This document shows, piece after piece, positions 43,558-55,500 of a stretch of 64,000 bases of DNA. How positions within the stretch are numbered: the stretch's first letter is position 1; each line of letters begins with the position of its first letter. Below the pieces are notes generated by a model that had not been told where the DNA came from, searched no databases, and saw nothing but the letters and a program-made list of their open reading frames with translations. Origin of the DNA: Balanoglossus misakiensis (lineage: Eukaryota > Animalia > Hemichordata); contig CM082585.2 of assembly GCA_040954595.2 (NCBI GenBank), forward strand, positions 12,278,027-12,342,026, in the 5' to 3' direction. Position numbers and translations under genes: made by a program.

Positions 43558-45156
43558 TTATACTGTATCTGTGACATATTCAGCCATAACGTAACTTGGA
43601 AGTCCACCAACTGAGGTTTCAATGTAGTTGTCAACATCTGAAAGGGTACCAACATGAGAATCTGTCAATTTGTATCCAACCTTTTGAAGCCAAGAGAAAA
43701 ATTGTTTCAAGTCAACTCCAACTTCTTTTTGGGTCGTGTATTTCATCACGACAAAATGGATGTATTTTGGCGGATGCTTTCCTTCCAAAATGTTTTTCGC
43801 TCCATAAATGATCAAAGGGGCATACAACTCCACATCAACATTCAGTAGCCATATTTTCTTGTCTGGTATGACATCATCAAGCCTTTTCATATCCACCTTG
43901 TGTCTGGTTACATCACAATCCAAATTGAAAGTACCTGAAAATAAATACAGGCAATACATAATTTACATCAGTTAAAGGGTGCACAATATGATACAGTGTG
44001 ATACAAAGTCCAACCTGTCTATAGTGGCCAGTCAAGGGAGTTTCCTAAGCTGGCCATTGTTTTCATTGTCAAACTTACCCGCCTCAATCCGTGCCATGGC
44101 TTGATTGGCTGTTCCTACTGACATACAATACTGTGAAGTTTCGTTTCCAAGCGCAATGTTGAAAGTGTCAATTGACTTCTCATCCATTTTGTTCAAGAAG
44201 ATGCTTTCTTTCAACAGTGCATAGTTGTGAGTCAGCGGTTCTATTGCAATCGTCTTGTATCCAGATGCAACCATGGACAGCGCCATAAAACCTGGTAAAA
44301 AGTACATTCAAAGGCAATGTTAGGAATAAGATATAGATGTAATGTACAAACAAATAAATTTGTAGATCATATTTCTAAGAGCCAGTTGTTCATGTGGAAT
44401 GGATTGGAAATGCTGGAGACACACTATTGTGAAAAGCTGACAACTTTTCAAGAGTTACACTCCAATCAATTGGCATTGTGTGTACCTATGTGAGCTCCTG
44501 TCTCCACAAAATAATAGTCATCCGGGGCCTTTTCCATGTACATCAATAGTTTGCTGACTTTCTCTCCTTCCCAGAAACCAGTGGAAAGTATCACTTTGCT
44601 TGCAGCTTGGTCTTTGTCTGGTGGATGCAGGGACATATAAAAACTGGGAATCCTGAAATGTTAGACAATGAAGCTGTAATGTATACACATGTATATTACC
44701 TGGTTCCACCTTCAGTGCAAACTATTCAGAACTAACTTTTTTGAAATGCTTCAAGCATAGAAATGTTTGAAGGTTAGAGTGAAACCGGTAAGAAAGATTT
44801 TGTACTTCGGCCTACCTTTTTACACCTCTTGTAATAGCGATGATTAGAGGATTTCTGTTGGTATGTGAAACATGCTCCTCAAGAAAATCTCTTATTCCAG
44901 GAAGATCCACGGGACAGCTTGGGCATTTCGGACAATCATGTACGCATTTCGGACAGGCTGGACAGTCCAGGGAATCTTCCCGACTGACCTTTACATGTTT
45001 CGTTCTCTCTTTAGCCTCTGCAAAATTTGTTTTTTGTTCCACAACCTGCGTCTCACCAAACTGCAATAAAGATGTACCAATGAAAAGTTGGAAAAGTAAA
45101 ATGGCGCCGCCACACACCATCCACAGCAAAACCATCATATTCAATCGGCACCTCAT
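43558..45156 (-). CDS. type II membrane FkbM/Methyltransf_21-like SAM-dependent methyltransferase (~365 aa)
   Basis: Minus-strand exons 45156-44816, 44652-44486, 44291-44079, 43934-43558 join in frame (1098 nt). N-terminal TM helix and CPxCP-rich stem. FkbM-like motifs: GFWE, FVETGAHIG (cf. VDxGANIG), AIEP..NYALLKES, NIALG, RLDD, LNVDVELYA (cf. KIDVEGxE), GAKNIL. Confidence 0.8.
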
Positions 45157-46094
45157 GGTTTCATTTCGTCGCTAAAACGATCCCTTAAAATCGTAAACAC
45201 GTGACAAAAATATCCACAATTTCTTCAAGCTTTGTACAGTGCTTTCTTTGACAGGCTGGCAAAATCGAAACATTCGCTTGTCACTAACCATTTCTTTAAG
45301 GCTTACATGAAAAATCGATACTGGGTCATTCAAAGAGTTCCTCAACTTGGTCGATAACTTTTAATACTAAAACATTTATTTGCATCAGGACTGTCTATGG
45401 CTCATTTTAAAAACAATTTGAAACAAAGCGCACACATAGATTTTATTTTATTTTTCTTTATTTCCCCCAATGAACGCTCATAACCCTTTTTATATTTCGG
45501 TAAATCAAGGGTCCAGAACTTTTTAAAACTCGACTGTATAAGTCCGATTAGGCCTATTTAGGCCAATTATTGAAGACCATGACCAGATGCACAACGGATC
45601 CAGATGGCTTTTCACATGGATAATAGTAATACTCCGTAGGCCAACAGTATCGAATTTAGCAAAAACTAGTGGTATTGCCTTCTTTAGAACAAGTTTGTAA
45701 ATTTGTTCCTAGGCCAAAGTTACCATCACCGTAAAAGAACAAACCAAACCTAAAGTTTCATTTAAAAAAATAGGCCTATAAAATGTTATGAGCTCTGGTG
45801 TTATCAGCTATCACTTTCACTGCTGACGTTTTGGTTTATTCTCGTCTGTTTTCTTTTGACTTTTATATCTGAAAGCGATAATCGATGCTAAAACAGAACT
45901 GAAGTTCGAACTTCGAGATTATCCAGTCCATCTATCATTGCGCAGCCGCAACATCACGTGACTGTACCCTTTGACCCCATTAACCGGAACTAGCGGTCGA
46001 CGGTCGTCAACGTTCACACACGTGCAGTGTATGTGTACGTACGTGTTCATGTAGTAGCGTTACTGAAATTTACACGAGCGTCCAGGTAGTAATC
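45157..46094. promoter_or_regulatory. probable bidirectional promoter (methyltransferase / SLC27A) with an E-box and a DR1-like element
   Basis: Divergent ATGs ~940 bp apart; ATCACGTGAC at 45953-45962 directly followed by TACCCT-T-TGACCC at 45965-45977. Confidence 0.45.
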
Positions 46095-49000
46095 ATGGCA
46101 TCACCAGATATTGTCAAGGGCCTCAAAATCGCCGCTGGCACTGCAGCTACCGCTGGAGTTCTCAACTACATCTACCCCTACTGGAGATATGATTTTCGTG
46201 TCCTGAATTTTGGGCGTCGCGTGATGTCAACATTCCGGGAGAATTTGGGGAAGAGGCATTTTGTGGTCGATATATTCATGGAGCACGCAAAATCGCAGCC
46301 GTACAAGCCGTTTATTATACACAACAACACTATATATACCTACAGGGACATTGATATCATGTCTGACAAGTTCGCCAACTATGTTCGTCAACAGGGACTC
46401 AAGCTTGGCGACAGCGTCGCTCTGTTTATGTACAATGAACCAGCGTATGTGTGGATGAGTTTCGGCCTTGCGAAGTTAGGGATTGGCTGCGCTTACATCA
46501 ACTACAACCTGCGGGGAGAGTCAGTTACACACTGTCTTGAAGTGTGTGGAGCCAAGTTAATGATCGTTGGACACGGTGAGGATATAATAGTTTTCTTTTC
46601 TTTTGATTCAACTTTGTTTTGAGTTCTTGAGACCAGGGGATCAAGCACTGATTTGGTAGTGCAATGTGGCACGGGCCCTTACCTAGCTAGTAAGTTTGTT
46701 TACCTTTCCATAGACCCACTTTAGCCCTTTGCACTTTTCAGTCTATTAAAAGGATTATCTGATTCTGAGGCTATTGGACGAGATGTAGGTCAATTTGCTC
46801 TGTGTGTCGATCGTTACCGGCCGGCGGCCACGCCCCCAACCGGTTGGAGGATCAGTCGGTAAAAAATTTACAGCCCAAGCCAAAGTAAACCAATAAACTT
46901 TTTAAAGATGTATTGTGATATGAACTTAACCACAATTTGTCAATTTCCAGATTGTTTATCTCATTTCTTGGAGGTAGCACCAGTCTCCATGGTCAGATCG
47001 TCTATGCGCTTCGTTCATGAACTTGAACCACGTCACAGTTAAGGGACTGTGACCACGTCAATCAAAGATCGCGTGTTTTTTTCCCGGGGGTCAACCCCTA
47101 TTGTTGATCGACATTTACATAGGTCATGGTTACAAAACCAGGATGGACTGCAAAATTATTGCAGATGCGCGAAACTTGTGTGTACAAAAATGACCTGATA
47201 GAACTGCACTTCAACTTTGTTTTGAAAACACTGGAAATAAAATTTAATTTGTTGACACTATGTCAAATAATGCTCATGGCTCTCTGAGTATTAAGTGTTG
47301 GCAGTTGGATGATGGCTTTAAAAGTCTTTCCAAACATTTTGACAAACAATTTTCTCATTTTAAATTTTTATAGAAGATGAATTGCAACGTGCAGCACAAG
47401 ACATGTCTCTGGAACTAAGAGAGAGAAACATTGACGTCTGGAGTTTCCATGGAGACAAGCAAGGATTCTTTAAGGATGTTCGAGATGAAGTGATGCAATC
47501 TTCTGAGAACCCCATTCCAAAAGAAGTTCGAAGTGCTGTCGATGAAAACTCCATTTCAGCGTTTATTTTCACATCTGGAACAACAGGTAATGATCAAACT
47601 TTATTGCCACATATTTTTGTTAGAAATAATTAGGCCAAAATAAGTAAACCCATACACTCATTGATTTCCAAGAAAAACACACACATACTTTTCTTGGGAA
47701 AACACCCAGTGTAATTCAAAATTGTCTGACAAATTATTTTCTGTTTTTGTGTTTTTTTTCACAGGTCACCCAAAGGCATCAAAAATTTCCCATTTTCGTC
47801 ACTTGCTTGCAAGTTTTGTTATGCTTGCCCAGAATGTAACATCTGATGATCGGTTGTACATTTCTCTTCCACTCTACCATAGTTCTGGATCCATGATTGG
47901 TCTTCCCATGGCCATATCACTTGGTATGTATCAAGTAAATTTTTTTTCTAACAGTACAAATAATATGTTACCCATTTCTTGTCCCAAAAATAGAAATTTT
48001 GACGACCCCCATACCTCCAGAAGTACGAGGACGTAAGGTCATGTAAGGGTCATGAAAGTGACCTACTGCTATGTGTTGCTGCTTACTAGCAATTCACTTG
48101 TCTCTCATGTAGGAATGACTGTGATTTTAGCGAAGAAGTTTTCAGTTCACCATTTTTTGGATGATTGTCGCCGTCACAATGCAACTGTTATCCTGTACAT
48201 TGGAGAAGTGTGTCGATACTTGCTAACATTACCAGAGGTAAGATTTTATGGCACTGAAGTATTTTTAGCTTTAATTTGGTGTTTAAACCAACGCAGCATA
48301 TGAGATGCAGTTGTCATCCAACATATGTACAGACATGTACATACATTGTCATAGTAACAGCACATGTCCGCCATCTTGTTCTCTGAAACAGCTTGTCAGA
48401 TGGCTTTGAAACTGTGTGTAGTAAAATGGTTTGTTTTCTACAAACTACTAGTATATTCAACAAACAATGGATTTTCATATGCCATATTCTCTATATTTTT
48501 ATTGATATTCTTTCATTCAGACACCAGAAGACAAGAGGCACTCAGTGCGAATAGCAATTGGAAATGGACTTCGTCCGGATATTTGGTCAACGTTCAAGAA
48601 CCGATTTGGAATTGCACAAATCTCTGAATTTTATGGTGCAACAGAGGGACCTTTTGTTTCAATAAACAATGACAGTAGAACCGGGGCTGTTGGAAAGTTT
48701 TCACCTCTTCTCAAGGTAAGTTCACTTTGTTTGAAGTCCCAGTTACTCTAACTTTTGGCTGAGTACTCGTGTATGTTTGACACCGTTTGAATCTCTGTGA
48801 TATGTTTTAACTAAATCAGAAATAAAATCTGTTTGCTTTAAAGCGAATACTTGGATTTGAACTGATCAAATATGATTATGAAACGGCTCAACCCAAACGA
48901 AGCAAAGATGGCAGGTGCATTCCGGTCCAGAAAGGTAAGTTGAATTATGAATAATGAATATAAATGTAAATTTAGGAATTTGATAATAAAGAAAGCATGA

Positions 49001-50222
49001 AATAGTTTGGAAGATTGGAATTTGGAACAAATTCTATTATATCCATGTAATGTGATTGATATAACCATTTGAAGGTCTGATTAGGAATTTTACTGCGTGA
49101 ACATTTGAACATTTCTCAGAGAACAGAAATTGAAGAAGTTTATTGTTTGATATTCTTAGTAACTATTGTGGGAACTGTTATGTCAGTGACTATGTCATCT
49201 TAATAATTGCAGGTGAAGTGGGATTACTCATTGTTGCCATCAATGAAAGAGCTCGTTTTGATGGTTATAGTGGAGACAGAAAGTTGACCGAGAAGAAAAT
49301 TGTTCGCAATGCTTTTCAAGATGGTGATGCTTTTGTAAACATGGGTGACTTGATGATTCTGGATAAGAATTACTACATGTATTTCGTGGACAGACTTGGT
49401 GATACATTCAGGTAAAAAATTCTATTGTCAAACAAAATATCTACAGGCGAACCTGTCTACAGTGCCCAGTCAAGGGACTTTCATAAACAGGCTTTATAGA
49501 CAGGTGGCCTTTGTTTACAGGTCAGTTAATGTAAACTGTAAACTGCACAGGGACTGTAACATACTGGCCACTATATAGAGGTGGAAACTAACACAGGTTT
49601 GCCTTGTATTTGCTTTATCTTTTCTGCTCTCATGTAGATGGAAGGGTGAAAATGTTGCCACCACAGAAGTTGCTGAAATCATTGGAATGCACCCACCAAT
49701 CAAGGAAGCCAATGTCTATGGAGTCCAAATCCCAGGTACTGTAGGCCAGTTTTTTTTTTTTTTTTTTGGGGGGGGGGGGGGCTAGTTTGGTGCAGTGGTG
49801 GGGTGGGGTGGATTCTATATGGTAGGGGATGTGGTAGCAAATTATTTTTTGGATTGTGCGCCTTTATTTTAACGTACACTGTCAAAATCTCAAATCCTTT
49901 TCTCTTTACTTCAGGTCAAGATGGCCGGGCAGGTATGGCAGCTTTGGTCCTCAGAGATGGATTGCAATTTTTTCCTGATGAGTTCTACAACCATGTCGTC
50001 CAACATCTACCCTTGTATGCTTGTCCCCGCTTTCTACGGATGATGAAAACGTTGGAAACAACTGGTACCTACAAGTATAAGAAAGGAGATCTCGTCAAAC
50101 AAGGCTTCAATCCAAATTACATATCAGAAAAAATGTACTACTTGGACATCACACATGGTGCATACAAGCCTTTAGACAATGCTGCTTACTTATATGTAGT
50201 GGCAGGCAAAGCTAAGTTGTAA
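46095..50222 (+). CDS. SLC27A2: very long-chain acyl-CoA synthetase / fatty acid transport protein (SLC27A2-like, 622 aa)
   Basis: Exons 46095-46575, 47374-47586, 47765-47923, 48113-48237, 48521-48715, 48844-48934, 49213-49411, 49638-49735, 49915-50222 join in frame (1869 nt). AMP-binding [46 protein letters not shown] signature [28 protein letters not shown]. Exact SLC27A paralog assignment is approximate. Confidence 0.93.
49442..49608. mobile_element. TA-flanked Tc1/mariner-pogo-type MITE filling most of SLC27A intron 7
   Basis: Imperfect TIRs TACAGGCGAACCTGT ... ACAGGTTTGCCTTGTA; internal TAGACAGGTGG/TAGAGGTGG sub-repeats; partial related copy at ~44003-44060. Confidence 0.6.
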
Positions 50223-51109
50223 TTTTATTGTGGACAGAACAAGTCACTTCTGCACTCTGCACAGTAAGAGTTAGCGATGATTTGAAAATAAAGAAATATA
50301 AATATGCTTATAATAAATACACTGATTTTTAATTTGAAAGCTCTCCGATGCTCATTTTACAAATGTGTGTAATTCCTGTCTTTTTAACATTTCGATTAAT
50401 TCAAGACACCTTTTCCATAATTGTCAATTTTTTTAATACCATGAAATAAACTAAATTTAAACACTGGTTTTAAAGTGCTATTGCAGTCTTATCAATACTT
50501 AAAGTAGTCGGCACTTCATTGAAAGTTTTTTAATTTTATCTTACATTTGTGGGCGAGAAGTTTTTTTATAAAAGAGATTACACTGTCTTGTCTTCATACA
50601 GTTTACACAGATATATAGTGACCAATCAAATTCTGTATCTTATACATAAAATTTATTACACAATATACATTGTCTTCCCACTTTTGTAGTGTTTTATTCT
50701 CAGGTTTTTGATTAACAAATTCTTATGGGTGTTGAAACAAGACATATTACATTCCAGAAACATATATAATGCATTGTTGCCGTTTTTGTTCAAACAGGCC
50801 ATATTTCTGTTTCATGATTTCCAAGTGTTTAGGACTTTGTATTTTTGTTAAGCTTGACAATTTTTATTTGGATGAAAGTACAACTGTACCTATCTTGAAA
50901 TTGATTTGACAATGTTTCGTGTTAGTGACCATTTTGGCACAATTTTACTGTTTTCATTTTCTTTCAATCTTGTAAACACCTGCACATACAGAATTTAGTG
51001 ACAATAAAATTTATGGCCAATATGGTTATTTATGAGAACTCTTGATTTTAGATTTTGTTGTGACTGCCAGTGTGTAAAAGTACTCTTTGTGATTACCGAT
51101 AGCTCGTTA

Positions 51110-52500
51110 CAGACCAATTTGTCCTTTTTGAAAATTTTCATCAGCCATGAAAATTGTCCAAACATGATAAAATCATCAAAAGTTTGCAAAGTTGAGATTT
51201 TGTCTCTTTGAAGATTTTCAGGAGCTATGACCCATGAAAAATGTCCAAAAACGTCAAAATCATTAAATGTTTGAGAAGTCGAAAATTTTTCTCTTTAAAG
51301 ATTTATTAGCTATAACTCATGAAAAATGCCCAAAAATGACATTTTCGAAAATTCGCAAAGTCGAAAAATTGTCATTTCTGGATGATTTTCATGAGTTATA
51401 CCCCATGGTTTTTTTCAAAAAATGAAGAAATTTTGAAAATTCGCAAAGTCGAAAAATTGTCATTTCTGGATGATTTTCATGAGCTATAACCCATGTTTTT
51501 TTTCAAAAAATGAAGAAATTTTGAAAATTCGCAAAGTCGAAAAATTGTCATTTCTGGATGATTTTCATGAGCTATAACCCATGGTTTCTTTCAAAAAATG
51601 AAGAAATTTTGAAAATTCGCAAAGTCGAAAAATTGTCATTTCTGGATGATTTTCATGAGCTATAACCCATGTTTTTTTTCAAAAAATGAAGAAATTTTGA
51701 AAATTCGAAAATTCGAAAAATTGTCATTTCTGGATGATTTTCATGAGCTATAACCCACGGTTTTTTTCAAAAAATGAAGAAATTTTGAAAATTCGCAAAG
51801 TCGAAAAATTGTCATTTCTGGATGATTTTCATGAGCTATAACCCACGGTTTTTTTCAAAAAATGAAGAAATTTTGAAAATTCGCAAAGTCGAAAAATTGT
51901 CATTTCTGGATGATTTTCATGAGCTATAACCCACGGTTTCTTTCAAAAAATGAAGAAATTTTGAAAATTCGCAAAGTAAAAAAATTGTCATTTCTGGATG
52001 ATTTTCATGAGCTATAACCCACGGTTTCTTTCAAAAAATGAAGAAATTTTGAAAATTCGCAAAGTCGAAAAATTGTCATTTCTGGATGATTTTCATGAGC
52101 TATAACCCACGGTTTCTTTCAAAAAATGAAGAAATTTTGAAAATTCGCAAAGTCGAAAAATTGTCATTTCTGGATGATTTTCATGAGCTATAACCCATGG
52201 TTTTTTTCAAAAAATGACCAAATTTTGAAAATTCGCAAAGTCGAAAAATAGTCATTTCTGGATGATTTTCATGAGCAATAACCCATGTTTTTTTTCAAAA
52301 AATGAAGAAATTTTGAAAATTCGCAAAGTCGAAAAATAGTCATTTCTGGATGATTTTCATGAGCTATAACCCATGGTTTTTTTCAAAAAATGAAGAAATT
52401 TTGAAAATTCGCAAAGTCGAAAAATAGTCATTTCTGGATGATTTTCATGAGCTATAACCCATGGTTTTTTTCAAAAAATGAAGAAATTTTGAAAATTCGC
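51110..52500. repeat. satellite edge layer: degenerate monomers, then about 13 copies of an 88-bp variant
   Basis: Unit ...AAAAAATGAAGAAATTTTGAAAATTCGCAAAGTCGAAAAATTGTCATTTCTGGATGATTTTCATGAGCTATAACCCA..., period 88 (e.g. GAGCTATAAC at 51481 and 51569). Confidence 0.9.
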
Positions 52501-55500
52501 AAAGTCGAAAAATCGTCGATTTTTCGACATTTTCCTGAGCTATAACCCATGGTTTTTTCAAAAAATGACCAAATTTTGAAAATTCGCAAAGTCGAAAAAT
52601 CGTCGATTTTTCGACATTTTCCTGAGCTATAACCCATGGTTTTTTCAAAAAATGACCAAATTTTGAAAATTCGCAAAGTCGAAAAATCGTCGATTTTTCG
52701 ACATTTTCCTGAGCTATAACCCATGGTTTTTTCAAAAAATGACCAAATTTTGAAAATTCGCAAAGTCGAAAAATCGTCGATTTTTCGACATTTTCCTGAG
52801 CTATAACCCATGGTTTTTTCAAAAAATGACCAAATTTTGAAAATTCGCATAGTCGAAAAATCGTCGATTTTTCGACATTTTCCTGAGCTATAACCCATGG
52901 TTTTTTCAAAAAATGACCAAATTTTGAAAATTCGCAAAGTCGAAAAATCGTCGATTTTTCGACATTTTCCTGAGCTATAACCCATGGTTTTTTCAAAAAA
53001 TGACCAAATTTTGAAAATTCGCAAAGTCGAAAAATCGTCGATTTTTCGACATTTTCCTGAGCTATAACCCATGGTTTTTTCAAAAAATGACCAAATTTTG
53101 AAAATTCGCATAGTCGAAAAATCGTCGATTTTTCGACATTTTCCTGAGCTATAACCCATGGTTTTTTCAAAAAATGACCAAATTTTGAAAATTCGCAAAG
53201 TCGAAAAATCGTCGATTTTTCGACATTTTCCTGAGCTATAACCCATGGTTTTTTCAAAAAATGACCAAATTTTGAAAATTCGCAAAGTCGAAAAATCGTC
53301 GATTTTTCGACATTTTCCTGAGCTATAACCCATGGTTTTTTCAAAAAATGACCAAATTTTGAAAATTCGCATAGTCGAAAAATCGTCGATTTTTCGACAT
53401 TTTCCTGAGCTATAACCCATGGTTTTTTCAAAAATGACCAAATTTTGAAAATTCGCATAGTCGAAAAATCGTCGATTTTTCGACATTTTCCTGAGCTATA
53501 ACCCATGGTTTTTTCAAAAAATGACCAAATTTTGAAAATTCGCATAGTCGAAAAATCGTCGATTTTTCGACATTTTCCTGAGCTATAACCCATGGTTTTT
53601 TCAAAAATGACCAAATTTTGAAAATTCGCATAGTCGAAAAATCATCGATTTTTCGACATTTTCCTGAGCTATAACCCATGGTTTTTTCAAAAAATGACCA
53701 AATTTTGAAAATTCGCAAAGTCGAAAATCGTCGATTTTTCGACATTTTCCTGAGCTATAACCCATGGTTTTTCAAAAAATGACCAAATTTTGAAAATTCG
53801 CATAGTCGAAAAATCGTCGATTTTTCGACATTTTCCTGAGCTATAACCCATGGTTTTTTCAAAAAATGACCAAATTTTGAAAATTCGCATAGTCGAAAAA
53901 TCGTCGATTTTTCGACATTTTCCTGAGCTATAACCCATGGTTTTTTCAAAAAATGACCAAATTTTGAAAATTCGCATAGTCGAAAAATCGTCGATTTTTC
54001 GACATTTTCCTGAGCTATAACCCATGGTTTTTTCAAAAAATGACCAAATTTTGAAAATTCGCATAGTCGAAAAATCGTCGATTTTTCGACATTTTCCTGA
54101 GCTATAACCCATGGTTTTTTCAAAAAATGACCAAATTTTGAAAATTCGCATAGTCGAAAAATCGTCGATTTTTCGACATTTTCCTGAGCTATAACCCATG
54201 GTTTTTTCAAAAAATGACCAAATTTTGAAAATTCGCATAGTCGAAAAATCGTCGATTTTTCGACATTTTCCTGAGCTATAACCCATGGTTTTTTCAAAAA
54301 ATGACCAAATTTTGAAAATTCGCATAGTCGAAAAATCGTCGATTTTTCGACATTTTCCTGAGCTATAACCCATGGTTTTTTCAAAAATGACCAAATTTTG
54401 AAAATTCGCATAGTCGAAAAATCGTCGATTTTTCGACATTTTCCTGAGCTATAACCCATGGTTTTTTTCAAAAAATGACCAAATTTTGAAAATTCGCATA
54501 GTCGAAAAATCGTCGATTTTTCGACATTTTCCTGAGCTATAACCCATGGTTTTTTCAAAAAATGACCAAATTTTGAAAATTCGCATAGTCGAAAAATCGT
54601 CGATTTTTCGACATTTTCCTGAGCTATAACCCATGGTTTTTTCAAAAAATGACCAAATTTTGAAAATTCGCAAAGTCGAAAAATCGTCGATTTTTCGACA
54701 TTTTCCTGAGCTATAACCCATGGTTTTTTCAAAAAATGACCAAATTTTGAAAATTCGCAAAGTCGAAAAATCGTCGATTTTTCGACATTTTCCTGAGCTA
54801 TAACCCATGGTTTTTTCAAAAAATGACCAAATTTTGAAAATTCGCATAGTCGAAAAATCGTCGATTTTTCGACATTTTCCTGAGCTATAACCCATGGTTT
54901 TTTCAAAAAATGACCAAATTTTGAAAATTCGCAAAGTCGAAAAATCGTCGATTTTTCGACATTTTCCTGAGCTATAACCCATGTTTTTTTCAAAAATGAC
55001 CAAATTTTGAAAATTCGCAAAGTCGAAAAATCGTCGATTTTTCGACATTTTCCTGAGCTATAACCCATGTTTTTTTCAAAAAATGACCAAATTTTGAAAA
55101 TTCGCAAAGTCGAAAAATCGTCGATTTTTCGACATTTTCCTGAGCTATAACCCATGGTTTTTTCAAAAAATGACCAAATTTGAAAATTCGCATAGTCGAA
55201 AAATCGTCGATTTTTCGACATTTTCCTGAGCTATAACCCATGGTTTTTTCAAAAAATGACCAAATTTTGAAAATTCGCAAAGTCGAAAAATCGTCGATTT
55301 TTCGACATTTTCCTGAGCTATAACCCATGGTTTTTTCAAAAAATGACCAAATTTTGAAAATTCGCATAGTCGAAAAATCGTCGATTTTTCGACATTTTCC
55401 TGAGCTATAACCCATGGTTTTTTCAAAAAATGACCAAATTTTGAAAATTCGCAAAGTCGAAAAATCGTCGATTTTTCGACATTTTCCTGAGCTATAACCC

